Positions 42,358 to 55,185 of a DNA stretch of 64,000 nt are shown piece after piece. The notes beneath the pieces were generated by a model. It was not told the origin of the DNA. It made no database searches and saw only the letters and a list, made by a program, of their open reading frames with translations. Made by a program: the position numbers and the translations under genes. The stretch's first letter is position 1, and each line of letters opens with the position of its first letter. The stretch comes from Octopus vulgaris (Eukaryota). The stretch spans positions 23,498,001 to 23,562,000 of the forward strand of contig OX597828.1 in NCBI GenBank assembly GCA_951406725.2, given 5' to 3'.

Positions 42358-42977
42358 TTATATATATATATATGGATGTACACACGCGCACACACGCACA
42401 TACACACGTATATATTAGTGTGTATGTACGGGTCTCTGGATATGGGAATATATAAAATGTGTATATAAATACCTACGTGTGTTTACATGTATATATGCAT
42501 ATTTATACATATATAGTGAGAGGGGCGAGAGAAGGAGAGGGAGAGAGAGGGAGAGAGAGCAGAAGGGAGAGCAGAACGATGAACGAAAGGAACAGTAAGA
42601 AAAGTAAAGTGACTCATGAATGTGATGTAACTAATTAGCTAATGAAAAGTCGACCGTCTGGTTAATTACAATCTACCTATCTTCTCACTAAGACATACAC
42701 CTTGAGGCTATCATGTTAATTTGGTGTCAAGTTAATAAAGGTATTATAAATAGCGCCCCAAGTATAGTAGTCGCCGTTGTCATTTACCGTCTCCGCCTTC
42801 AATGCCGACTTATCATTATTATTCTTTCTTTTCATTATCATTTTCTTCATTATCATCATTATTATTATCCCTCTCATCATTATCAGCACACTGCTTGTTC
42901 ACTACTGACATCATCACCATTGCAAAGACCACTACCACCTGAACGACCAGCATCACCATCGTTTTCGTCGTTGACGA

Positions 42978-43046
<69 letters not shown>

Positions 43047-43075
43047 GATCATCATCATCATCATCATCATCATCC

Positions 43076-43127
<52 letters not shown>

Positions 43128-43207
43128 TATCATCATCATCCTCATCGTCATCATCATCATCGTCATCATCATCATCATCATCATCATCATCGTTACCATC
43201 ATCATCA
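42978..43207. repeat. (ATC)n microsatellite
   Basis: Directly visible; source of the poly-D/M/S ORFs. Confidence 0.97.
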
Positions 43208-43575
43208 CCTTCCCAATCACATGATCCCGGGTTCAGTCCCACTTCGTGGCAGCTTGTGTAGGTGTCTTCTACTACAGCCTCGGACCGACCGAATTCTGCT
43301 GAGTGGTTTTGGTAGTCGGAAACTGAATGAAGCCCATCGTATGTATGTCTATGTATATATCAGTGTTTATATATTTGTGTCTGTGTTTGCACCCCCAACA
43401 CCACCAAAACAGCTTGACAACCGATGTTGGTGTGGTTACGTCTTAGTAACTTAGCATTTAGGCAAAAGAGACCGGTAAGATAAGTACGAAGCTTTAAAAA
43501 TAATGCTGGGGACTAGAATCCCGCCAAGCCGATGCCCCAGCATGGCCGCAGTCAAATGATTAACACAAGTAAAAA
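43207..43575 (+). mobile_element. SINE family A, 5' end lost in (ATC)n
   Basis: CCCGGGTTCAGTCCCAC..GCTTGACAACCGATG..CCAGCATGGCCGCAGTCAAATGA. Confidence 0.8.
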
Positions 43576-43845
43576 AAAATAATAAAAAATAAAAGACTGA
43601 ACAAAGAACGAGTTATATTGAAAGAATTTCGACATGGGACTTTATTGAATTAGAACAAACCGGGATTGAAACCTTCGTCATTATTTACAATATAGCCTCA
43701 ACACATACACACAGATACTGACTCATAGAAGCGTACATTTAAATAAACACACACATACGCGGATACAGGGAATAAGAAACGCATGAGAATTTTCGTACCG
43801 GATTCATTAGGTGGGGTGACCATGTGCATATGAAAGATATGTTAC

Positions 43846-43914
<69 letters not shown>

Positions 43915-44074
43915 GCAAGAGAGAGAGAGAGAGATGTACATATAATGTATAAAAATATACACTTACAAACATAGGTAGTCACACACACACAGAGACACAC
44001 AAACACACACACACACACATATACATACACAGAGATACGTGTACATATAACATACATACAAACACATGCGCATT

Positions 44075-44115
<41 letters not shown>

Positions 44116-44147
44116 TATATATATATATATATATATATGACTATATT

Positions 44148-44185
<38 letters not shown>

Positions 44186-44212
44186 CTCACCACGTGCGCC
44201 TATGTATATATA

Positions 44213-44279
<67 letters not shown>

Positions 44280-44440
44280 ATATACAGCGACAGGCCATGT
44301 ACTCTGGCTCAAGAAACCTGTCATTTTTAAATAAATTATTGCACTATTTTTCATATTGCGTGCGTTTTTTTCCGTGTTGTTTTATCCCCTTTTGTTTGTA
44401 TGTATTAATAAGTGTGCCTATACGCATATATGCGTTCGAA

Positions 44441-44473
<33 letters not shown>

Positions 44474-44993
44474 GTGTGTGTGTGTGTGTGTGAGTGTGTG
44501 TGTGTATGTGTGTGTTCGCGTGTGTGTATGTATGTGTGTTTATATGTATGGAAAAAATATCTTATCGAATTTAATGAAACTTCTAAAAATACCAAATAAT
44601 TTAAAGTCTGAAATTTTCATCACAATATGAAGCTTTATATTATTATTTTGTGGAAATATTCGAAGTTTAAAATTTTCAAATCATTATTTCTTTTGTTCCT
44701 TTCTAAAAAAAATATAATTAAAATTACACACGCTGACACAGACTCTCAGACGATATATGCACATTCACACACTGAGACATATATATATATACATACATAC
44801 ATATATATATATATAGATATATAGATATATATGTATGTATATGTATGTATGTATATATGTGTGTGTGTGTGTATGTATACTGAAACTTTTTCGAATTAAT
44901 ACAGACGTTTTAATTTTAACAACAATATATAATTTAGAATGCTTAAAAAATTATGTTGCCAAATATATTTATTGCCAAAATATTAAATGCTAT

Positions 44994-45041
<48 letters not shown>

Positions 45042-45116
45042 CGCGTGTGTGTGTGCGCGCACTCGCGTGTCTTTCTGTGTGTATGTCTGTGTACAAACAG
45101 ACGCTATTATTATTAA

Positions 45117-45156
<40 letters not shown>

Positions 45157-45506
45157 GAATGGGAGAGCAGAGCATGCCATCAAAGTGACACTGGGGTAAA
45201 ATATACGAAGCCCGGTATACCCATCATGACTACCCGTCTGATAAGGGTACGCTAGGCACATGCATCACAACCATGTGTGCGCGACATGGTGATCTCATAT
45301 CAAGATAAACAGCACATGACCTTGCAGGTGGGGCCCAGTTAGAATTTCCTCCAGGTCGAGTAACACATCCCACTCGAAAGGTCCCTGAATAAGGGTTGTT
45401 TAAAGATGTTGAACGAAACACCCATGTTTCCAGAGGTGAATTATTCAAACCCCAAAGAATCCCTCTCAACACACGGCTATGATGCTCCCCCACTACTTCT
45501 GCTCGT

Positions 45507-45507
<1 letters not shown>
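45157..45507. mobile_element. 351-bp GC-richer interspersed element flanked by (TAT)n on both sides
   Basis: Sharp boundaries inside a (TAT)n tract; class not determinable from this window. Confidence 0.5.
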
Positions 45508-45559
<52 letters not shown>

Positions 45560-45856
45560 GTGATGGCGAATAGCTTAGTGGTCAAGATATTGCACTCGCG
45601 ATCGCGAGATTTTAGTTCTAGACCGGAGGTGTTGCGTTATGTTGTTGGGCAAAACACTTCATCGCGCGTTGCCCTGCGATCACTTCGACACCTAACGCCA
45701 GGTACACTGTACACCGTTTTCAGTCAATATCATTTTGGTGGGGAGTTTGAGGTAATAATGCGAAGCACGAACATTTGATCACTACAAACAAATCATTTGT
45801 GCGAGTCATTCGGCAAAAGCTGAACGCCCACGCGTCGTCTACGACGGAAGAACCCA
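45560..45856 (+). mobile_element. Degenerate tRNA-derived SINE, family E
   Basis: TAGCTTAGTGGT A-box-like and AGTTCTAGACC B-box-like motifs, then TTGGGCAAAACACTTCAT core-like segment. Confidence 0.5.
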
Positions 45857-47009
45857 TCATCCTCATCAGCTCTCATTTAGATGTATAGTGTTAAGAAGCA
45901 CAAAAAATATCATTAGGAGACTACAGACACCTACCAGAGGTCGCAAAATTCCTAGATCACCTGATTTTACCGCACACACGCTTCATCTCTAGCAGGTGTC
46001 CACTCACCGCATGCCGGCCATATCCTACTGCGAACGTTATATCGCAAAACGGTGACTTCTTTGTTTTTGACGATTCAAATAACTGGCAGGCTCTTTAAAA
46101 ATTTAATATTCGCCACGGTAGTGGCATTACCGCGGTATTCTCCTTGAAATATCATAGCATATCGTATAGACGATTCCAGGACACCTGCTATTGACGAAGT
46201 CCATGTACAATGAAATCACACGATCTAGCAATTACGCCACTCATACTAGACGAGTTTTGTCTGCTATATCTGTGCTTCTCAGCACTATACTTTTACATAA
46301 TAGGATCTCTCAAGATAAATACCGTAGCAACATGGCGTTCTAACAATACAACCAGGATAAGTACAAATATATATGTATAACTAATTTGTAAAATATTAGT
46401 TTAGAACAGCAGCTGTCGATTTCGTGTGTTGTTATCTAAAATCCTTTTTGCTAGAAAGAATAACTCTCAATCATGTGTCGTCCATCGCATCATAGGCATC
46501 ATACTAAAATAAGTATTTGCTCAAGCCATACTGATTAACAATCGATTAATAATTCCGATTTACTTCCGTAATTATTACACATCAACATGAAACCAGACGC
46601 CCAACTACCGCCTGTTCTGATACCATTCGATAAGTCCGAAACAAGCTTCTGATGGAAAGTTGGCTGGCTATTTATGAAGAGCTAAATATCATACGACATA
46701 TACGTAATAATGCCTATGAAATTGTCCGCAACGAATTTTGCTGTGATTAACGTAATATCAAAGACAAGGTAATTTACGGTTCTACTTCAAACCTGCACAA
46801 TAGTGCCCAGATAACAACGTCTAGAAATTAACATGGAATTAATTTCTACGATAACAGGACGAATTTGTATAAATGTATTGCGGTTAATTAATGAATTCTG
46901 CTGCTGTTCTTCTCTGGAGCAGACACAGATTGCTCATGGTTAAACTGCTAATAACGACAGCTTAATTTATATCTCGAGTTAATTTATATATTCGGGTTTA
47001 CACGACTAT

Positions 47010-47212
47010 ACTCTAATGCATGTATTGAGTTCGCCATGCTTCCGTTTGCTTCTCGACGCAATTGCGTACAATTGCGACTGCACGGAAACCATGTCCAGTG
47101 ATGCACGTGCGACTCATTATGTTGGTAAATAGTAGGTCAGTCTGGTGTGTGTGCATTGTTTGGTGTCGAGAAGCAAACGGAAGCATGGCGAACTCAATAC
47201 ATGCCTTAGAGT
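47010..47212. mobile_element. MITE with 48-bp terminal inverted repeats
   Basis: 47010-47057 (ACTCTAATGCATGTATTGAGTTCGCCATGCTTCCGTTTGCTTCTCGAC) is the reverse complement of 47165-47212 with 1 mismatch; TA dinucleotides lie just outside both ends. Confidence 0.85.
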
Positions 47213-47433
47213 TTATTTCTGTAAACCCGAGTTTTTTACTTTTATTACTAATCAAATTTTTCCTCGAAACCATCGGAAGATTTGTGGGGGAGGGGGGAAT
47301 AGCAGTATGTATGCCTGGATATACAAATAATATTTTACAGTGATAGATAGATGCACATACACAGATACATTCAAACATACATATGTATGCACACACACAC
47401 ATACACACACAGTCATACACATATCTGTGTGTG

Positions 47434-47474
<41 letters not shown>

Positions 47475-47599
47475 GTACTAGCATGTGTGCGTGTGCGTAT
47501 GTATGCGTGTATATTATTTATTTACCTATACATCAATATATATACACACACACATACACACAGACACACACATGGAAGTCTATATATAAACGTGGTGAA

Positions 47600-47614
47600 G
47601 AAGAGGAGGAGGAA

Positions 47615-47677
<63 letters not shown>

Positions 47678-47806
47678 GAGGAGGAGGAGGAGGAGGAAGA
47701 AGAAGAAGAAGAAGAAGAAGAAGAAGAAGAAGAAGAAGAAGAAGAAGAAGAAGAAGAAGAAGAAGAAGAAGAAGAAGAAGAAGAAAAAGAAGAAGAAGAA
47801 GAAGAA
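47600..47806. repeat. Compound (GAT)n(GAG)n(GAA)n microsatellite
   Basis: Directly visible; source of the poly-E/D/K ORFs. Confidence 0.97.
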
Positions 47807-48373
47807 TATGGATCATTATCTTATGTCAGGGTCTAACGCCATATATATCACCCGAAAAAATATTAAAAAGAAAGAAAAAAGCGTCACCTCTCACTGTCTA
47901 TCTTCAGCATGTATCTCTATATTTAGATTTTTGCATATTATTTACAGCATCTTCCTCAGGCATCCAATTTCCTACAATATTTCCCAACACTAAACTGCAT
48001 GAACACAAAAGCTACCGCTACCTCCACTACCAACTTTCCCGCCACCCGCTCCTACTACCATCGACACATCTATAGAAAATAGCGAGCGATATTTAACATC
48101 ACGTTCAATTACTAAGCTCAGCGCTAATAAATTTACTGGTGCCTCATAAAAACAGATTATCATAATTATGGTTAAATTTGAAAATATGTTAACCTGAAGC
48201 TAACGAGGGAGAAACAAAATCAATATTATACAACATTCTTTTATTGACAGCAATTACAGAATACGTTCAAGTAATTAACGCAATTTCGCGTGTGTGTATG
48301 AGAGAGTGGGGGGAAGAAAGAGATAGTGTGTGTGTGTATGTGTATGTGCTCGTTGTGTTATATGTGTGTGTAA

Positions 48374-48831
48374 GTTGGCGAGCTGGTAGAATTGTTAGCA
48401 CGGCGGCCAAATTGCTTAGAAGCATTTCGCCCGTTTTACGTTCTGAGTTCAAATTCCCCCAACGTCGACTTTTGTCTTTCATCCTTTCGGAGTCGACAAC
48501 AGAAGTAACAGTTGGACTCTGGGATCGATGTAATCGACTTAACCCCTTACCGACAGTTCCTGGCCTTGTGCCAACATGTGAAACCAATGTGTTATGTATG
48601 AACAGAAAATATGGCATTAGGTAGCGAGCTGGCGAAATCGTTTGCTTGCTGGGAACAATGTTTAGCGGTATTTCGTCCGTCTTGACTTTCTGATTTCAAA
48701 TCAGCCGAGGTCGACTTTGCCTTGCATCCTTTCGGAGTCAATAAAATGAGTACCAGTTGAGTATTGGGGTTGAAGTAATAGACTTACTCACCAACTCCAA
48801 AATTGATGGTCTGGTGCCAAAATTTGAAACC
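48374..48831 (+). mobile_element. Two adjacent SINE family B copies (48374-48587, 48620-48831)
   Basis: Each has a GCGAGCTGG head, GTCGACTTT..CATCCTTTCGGAGTC body and GTGCCAA..TGAAACC tail. Confidence 0.8.
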
Positions 48832-48871
48832 AGCGTGTTTTGTGTGTGTGTGTGTCTGTGTGTGTGTGTGC

Positions 48872-48919
<48 letters not shown>

Positions 48920-49134
48920 GGTAATGGTGTGGCATATAAACTGGGCTGCGAGTATTCAGTTTCAGACCTACATACGACGAATGTTATTTCCCTTATTCTA
49001 TGCTTGATAAGTTATCAGCTTGTGAAGTCATATTTCTGGATTATATCTGAAGGATCCTCAATACATTACATACATTCGGTTCTCAATGTGCCTCGTAGCA
49101 CTTGAGGCGACAGCGAGATTATTCCATCTTCTAA

Positions 49135-49537
49135 GGCGGTGAGCTGGCAGAAATGTTAGCCCGCCGGGCAAAATGCTTAGCGGTATTTCGTCTCCGCCGA
49201 GGTCGACTTTACCTTTCATCCTTTGAGGGTCGATTAAATAAGTACCAGCTACGCACTGAGGTCGATATAATCGACTTAATCCGTTTGTCTGTCCTTGTTT
49301 GTCCCCTGTGTGTTTAGCACCTTGTGGGTAGTAAAGAAATAAGAAACGTTAGCACGCCGAGCAAAGTGCTTAGCTGTATTACGTCTACCTTTACGTTCTG
49401 AGTTCAAATCCGCCGAGGTCAACTTTACCTTTCATCCCTTGGAGATCGATAAACTAAGTACCAGTTGCCTACTGGGGTCGATCTAATCGATGGCCGCCTC
49501 CCCAAACATTTCGGGCCTTGTGCCTAGACCAGAAAAG
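49135..49537 (+). mobile_element. SINE family B, dimeric long form
   Basis: Head, then a second AGAAACGTTAGCACGCC unit at ~49343; tail CCTTGTGCCTAGACCAGAAAAG; same layout as 62100-62500. Confidence 0.85.
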
Positions 49538-49669
49538 ACCATTCCACCTTCTAACAGTGAAAGCCTACTTAACAGCTTGTTCTTTTGTTAACCCTCTGCT
49601 TTTAAGACCTTCTTTTGCTGTTCTCCGCCACGTTTCTTTTGGTCGGTTACGACTTCTTAAAATTGCTGT

Positions 49670-50205
49670 GTGTGACGCTAAGTAATTTGTCCGGAGTGCT
49701 AATGATTAAATCGCTTGCCGCCTTACCACAATTCATCATTATAGATGAATTGTGGTAATGCTTTCTAGCATAGGTACAAGAGCTGGAATTTTCGGAAAGT
49801 GGGATAGTCAATTACATGGAACCGAGTGCTCGACTGGTACTTATTTCATCAACCCCTGTGCACAGAGAATGATGAATTTGAGCTCAAAACGTAAAGACGG
49901 ACGAAATGATGCTAAGCATTTGGTCCAGCGTGCTAACGATTCTCTCAGCTCACCGCCTTACAACAATTCATCGATAATAATCCTTTCTAATATTGACACA
50001 AGGCCTGAAATGTTGGGGCAGCAGGCTAGTCGATTATATCGGCTGTTACTTATTTGTTTGACCCCTATGCTTGGCTGGTACTTCACCGACCTCGAAAGAG
50101 TGAAAGACAAAGTTGACATCAATGGAATGATGTCAACTCGGAACGTCAAAAAGACACTAAGCAATTTGACCGGTGTTCTAATGATTTTGCCAGTTCGTTG
50201 CCTTA
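49670..50205 (-). mobile_element. Cluster of about three degenerate minus-strand SINE family B copies
   Basis: Head ends (..CCGCCTTA / TTGCCTTA) at ~49725, ~49960 and ~50205. Confidence 0.6.
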
Positions 50206-50504
50206 TCACACTTCATATATAATAATATTATTCATCCTGTTTGTCCTAAGATGTGTTTGACCGTCAAGCTTTGTAGTATCATTAAATAATGGAACGTTAT
50301 CGAAGGCAATAATTCAAAATTTTCACACTATGAAAGAAGTTAATAATATTCGTTTAAAAGACTATTTACTATGGAATAACTTCGAAGACCTTATCAAAAA
50401 GGCCGCTCTTCCTCAGAGGTTATGGAAAGGTCGATGCTGGAAATTTCCTTGAGAGATCGCATGCGAAATCAGCAGATCAAATAAAAAAAAATCGGAGTAA
50501 AGAT

Positions 50505-50790
50505 CTTTATCGCCGCGCCAAATATCGTCTGGAGAAATTCTGATGAGCCAGTCATGTCACACACTGCATCGATAATCGGTGAGCCCTTTGCAGATGTCGA
50601 CTCGTGCCCGTGTAAGCGGAAACAACCTCTCGAAAGGCCTCCATTCGGATGAATTTGACGATATAAAGAGAATAATGGGACCTGAATGGAGAAGGAAGGC
50701 GAGATCAAAAACGGAATGGATGTTAAGTGTTGGCCAGAGGTCTCAAAGTGTCATCCGACTGTCAGCCTGCTCACGATCAAGGTGATTTGC
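50505..50790 (+). mobile_element. RTE-clade LINE 3' fragment, decayed
   Basis: Frameshifted translation KF**ASHVTHCIDNR..KRKQPLERPP..DDIKRIMGPEWRRKARSKTEW fits KWxWAGHVxRxxDNRW..KRxxGRPPxRWxDDI..W. Confidence 0.7.
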
Positions 50791-50951
50791 CTGTAAAAAG
50801 ATTTAGTGTTAATTCCAGTGGCTTCGGAGTTTTTATAACTATTTTTAGAAAAGCTGATGCTTCTTGGTACCCTAATTATATATATTTTTATATATATTTA
50901 TTAATTTGCCTATACGGTTTCATGCTTGCGGTGACTATTATTTCTTTTTAA

Positions 50952-51014
<63 letters not shown>

Positions 51015-51123
51015 ATTCTCGTTTAGTGGCTGCTAATATAACACACTCACCGGTAAAATTTCCATTCATTTACTAATTCATTTTTCTAAAATTCTCGTTG
51101 CGTCTAGAAACCATTTCAAAATA

Positions 51124-51282
51124 GGTGAAGGAGTGTCTGTGTGGTAAGTAGCTTGCTTACCAGCCATATGTTTTCGGGTTCAGTTCTACTGCGTGGCTTC
51201 TTGGCAAAGTGTCTTCTATAGCTTCGGGCCGACCAAAGCCTTGTGAGTGGATTTGGTAGATGGAAACTGAAAGAAGCCTGTC

Positions 51283-51335
<53 letters not shown>

Positions 51336-51594
51336 ATCCAAACAAGAAAACACAGAAAAAAAGAGAAAAAAAGAGAAAAAAACACGGCAACGCAGGACAA
51401 GTGTGTGTATATGTTTGTGTGTGTCCGTGTTTGTCACCACCACCACCAACAACAACAACATCGCTTGATAAAGCAGAAGAGACCGATAGAATAAGTACTA
51501 GGTTCACAAAGAATAAGTCCTCGGGTCGATTTGCTCGACCAAAGGCGGTGCTCCAGCATGGCCGCAGTCAAAAATGACTGCAACAAATAAAAGA
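51124..51594 (+). mobile_element. SINE family A with expanded internal (TA)n and an A-rich insert
   Basis: Head and tail match the 21383 and 36919 copies. Confidence 0.85.
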
Positions 51595-51686
<92 letters not shown>

Positions 51687-51786
51687 GTATGTAAGTATGT
51701 ATGTATGTATGTATATACATAGAGAGGGAGGGGGAGAGAGAGAAGGAGACAGACAGGTAGAAAGACAGAGATATGCTTGTATTGCT

Positions 51787-52110
51787 TTCTTCTGTTGTTT
51801 CTGTCATGGACTGTGGCCATGCCGAAGCATCTCTTTGTGAAATATAAGTTGAAAGAATCGACATCACTATTTTAGTTTATTAGTTGTTTTTTTTAGCCTA
51901 GTACTTATTTGATCAGAGTACTTTTGATGGACTGCTCACTTAGCGGGACGTAAACACACGAACACTGTTTGTAAAGCTCTGGTGGAGTCCAAACACAGAC
52001 ACAAAGACACAAAGACACAAACATATATGTATATGTATATATACATATATATTTGTATATGTGTATACGTGTGTGCGTGCGTACATGTGTGTGTATGTGT
52101 GTGTGTATAC

Positions 52111-52156
<46 letters not shown>

Positions 52157-52310
52157 AACTGGGTGCGTGTGTAAACTTCGTGTGTGTAAGACTTCGGTCG
52201 ACCCGATACTATAGTAGAAGACATTTGGTCAAGGTGCCACACAGTGGTCCAAACACAGATGGATGTGGTTTGACATGGTTCCGGTGTGGTTTGGAAGCCA
52301 CAGCTACACC
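51787..52310 (-). mobile_element. SINE family A, degenerate, inverted relative to 51124
   Basis: GACTGTGGCCATGC..AGTACTTATT..GGGACGTAAACAC..CTATAGTAGAAGACA..CAAGGTGCCAC..CCACAGCTACACCT. Confidence 0.7.
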
Positions 52311-53255
52311 TATGTGTGTGTGTGTGTTTGTGTTTTTGCGTGAGTGTGTGTGTGTGTGAGCGTGTGTTACTGTGTACGTGTGTGTGCGTGTGTTTTCATT
52401 CATACACCTGCATAAACTGCAAAACTTCAACACGAACACATCCCCGCCGCCACATCAAGCACCACTTTGAAAATACCTTCATATGTACGTTGTACTTCAG
52501 CACCTACACAACAACAACAGCCTGTCAAGAAACACCGCTACCTCAACGCACAAGCATCAGAACTCCACCCCACCTTCCTCCTCCTCCTCCTCCTCCTCAG
52601 CATCATGACAATTACGACTTCACCTCGCCGCCATTACCTCACCACGTACGCATCAACATTTGTCAACAATTCAAAGCCATCATCACTATCCAACAGTATG
52701 CAACAGCGCCCATCTTCAGTGAGAAGCTCCTTCTTCATAATTTATCACATCACATTGACACAACGGTGCACAAACTGCTTGTTTAAGCAAGAAACTAAAT
52801 ATTCAGCGTACGCATGTTTGAACGCAAGAGTGCTCCTAAGCGATTAACAGAGCGTATTTAATTTCCGCACCGTTCCTTTATGGATGGATGATCCCATCGA
52901 AAATACCAACCAGTTGTGCTGAACAAATTTCATTAAATAATGAACAAAAGAAGAAAAAAAATAGATATAAAAACCTAATTTCGTTCTGTGTTCTTTTTCA
53001 GTTTTTTATACTTTCTTTTTTTCGAATTTTCACCTCGCTTCAGAAGTTTGCATTTGTTACAGTGAACTTGGAATTCTTCATAAATAGCTAAGTAACTGTT
53101 GCATTCTAAGCAGTATAAATATATTATAAGGATTTTTTTTTTTAACACACAATTAAACTTTGTGACTATGTGAAGTGTATCTTTTTTTTCGTCTTCTTTT
53201 ATTAATACTGCCCAGTCCAGTTGTAGTGGTGGCGTTGATATCCCTTGATTGAAAA

Positions 53256-53318
53256 TTATTATTATCATTATCATTATTATCATCATCATTATTATTATTA
53301 TTATTATTGTTATTATTA

Positions 53319-53389
<71 letters not shown>

Positions 53390-53399
53390 GTTATTATTT
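53256..53399. repeat. (TTA)n microsatellite
   Basis: Directly visible. Confidence 0.95.
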
Positions 53400-53699
53400 T
53401 TACATACGCTGTGTGAACAATAACCACTTATGCTGGCCCGCGTTTGTATGTATGCCTCTGTATGTGTGTGTGCGTGTGTGTGTGTGTGTTTACGTGTGTA
53501 TATGTGTGCATATGTATATGTTTGTTTGTATGTATGTACGTGAGGAAATATATATATATATTCTATATAAATATGTATATACCGTCTTGTATCTGTGAGT
53601 GCGTGTGTTTGTGTGTGTACGTGTTTGTGTGTGTACGTGTTTGTGTGTGTGTGTGTGTGTGTATTTACTTACATATGTGTGTACTTAATATAGCTCAGG

Positions 53700-54260
53700 C
53701 ACTGGTCAGAGTGAGGACATAGGCACTATTAATGCTCGCTTGACCTTTTTGGGAGAGGGACGGATGCAGCCTTATCAATCTTTCACCAATGCCGACGTGT
53801 CGATCGGAGCACTATTTGTTGCTTCAGACTGGTCCGTATGGCGAAGCTTATTCCAAGAACCTTGCCTTCACTTTGCGCCATCCCTCTCCAGAATTTATTA
53901 CCAATATCATGTTCATCAACAAAACTTTCATCCGCGAGTCTGGTTTTGTTGTGTAGTGTAATATCTACACTGTATCGAGCTAGTTCTTTCCCTCTGGGAT
54001 TTGTTCTCCTTTGCGGTCTCGCCTTGTTTTCTTCATCCAGGAAACTAAAGACGTTCCATATTCCTAGAGAGAATTTATTATTCTTATGATATTCGACTGC
54101 GTATTTCGGTGATTCGTCACTCACCGTCAATTGGCTGAATGGTCTGGGGTCAACATTTACTGGCCACTCTCTGACAACAGGGTGGGTAGCCATGTCCTAA
54201 AAACTGGTGGTCAGTCGCCCTGGACGCTGACGAGCTCTTCCTCTGCTCTGGATTCGGAGG
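53700..54260 (-). mobile_element. RTE-clade LINE 5' fragment: decayed apurinic-like endonuclease N-terminus
   Basis: ORF 54193-53783 FSLGIWNVFSFLD..RPQRRT..KELARYSVDITLHNKTRLADES..FWRG..GISFAI, continuing after a frameshift as GIGERLIRLHPSL..SINSAYVLTL, fits RTE APE motifs (TWNVRTL, ELARYxIDIAALSETR, GVGFAI, SAYAPT). Confidence 0.9.
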
Positions 54261-55185
54261 AGAATGGCAATTTGTCAAAGGGTTTAAAGCTGCAACTGAT
54301 TGCTCACACACATTTGTTGAAACAAATGGAGACACGGGTATACAACACGGAAACATGTGCGTGGAAATATTAAAGTGGGAAAGCTTTGGCATACCGAAAG
54401 TCAAGGAGACACACACACACACACAAACATACACACACACACACACACACACACATACACACACACACACACATGTAAATATATATATGTATATACATAT
54501 ACAACATATACATATATATCCTGCTATAAAACATATCTATATATTTATGGGTGTGCGTGCACGCATCCGTGCATGTGTGTGAGTATATGCATGTGTGTAT
54601 GCATATATGTATGAATGTATGCATATATCTATATACATGTAAATATGTGTGTCTCCACTCCATGTGTACATAAATTTTGAAACCTGAATATTTGGAAATC
54701 AAATAGGATACTGTTGCATTTGTATTGTAAACATAAAGGAGTCCCACATGGGCATGAACCCAGGCTACATCACAGTGGCCATGTTCACCAACGTTCATCA
54801 TAATCACAACCACCAAAATTACCTTGGACTTTTTAAGTCATTTAATCGGCCTCACGATCTATTTGGTACTTGCTTTTCCCAATATAGAACAATAAAGGAC
54901 ACACTAGGTAGTTATCTTAAACACACAATGTCTAAACAAACGGCGGTGTGCTTACAGCTGAAATAGACTCACTGACATGTTGCATATTTAAGTGATCGAT
55001 GACAAACAGCTGCAGAAGTTTGGAGGATGCACCTGGCCCAAAATAACCTTGATGACGCGTCGGTGGCAATGCATTTGACGGTGTATTTGCTACTCAAATC
55101 ATTAATGTCATGCCCCCTGCAATGTGATTAATGATATACCAGTTGCAGCACTTTTGACGATATGACTGCTATGAATAGCCTTGAA

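Noticed and set aside
47340-47993. Poly-D/E and poly-K ORFs resembling acidic or basic proteins
   Set aside because: Pure (GAT)n(GAG)n(GAA)n microsatellite flanked by dinucleotide-repeat translation.
54900-55100. QLK*TH*HVAYLSDR segment faintly like RTE QLRWxGHV
   Set aside because: Too short and degraded to support.
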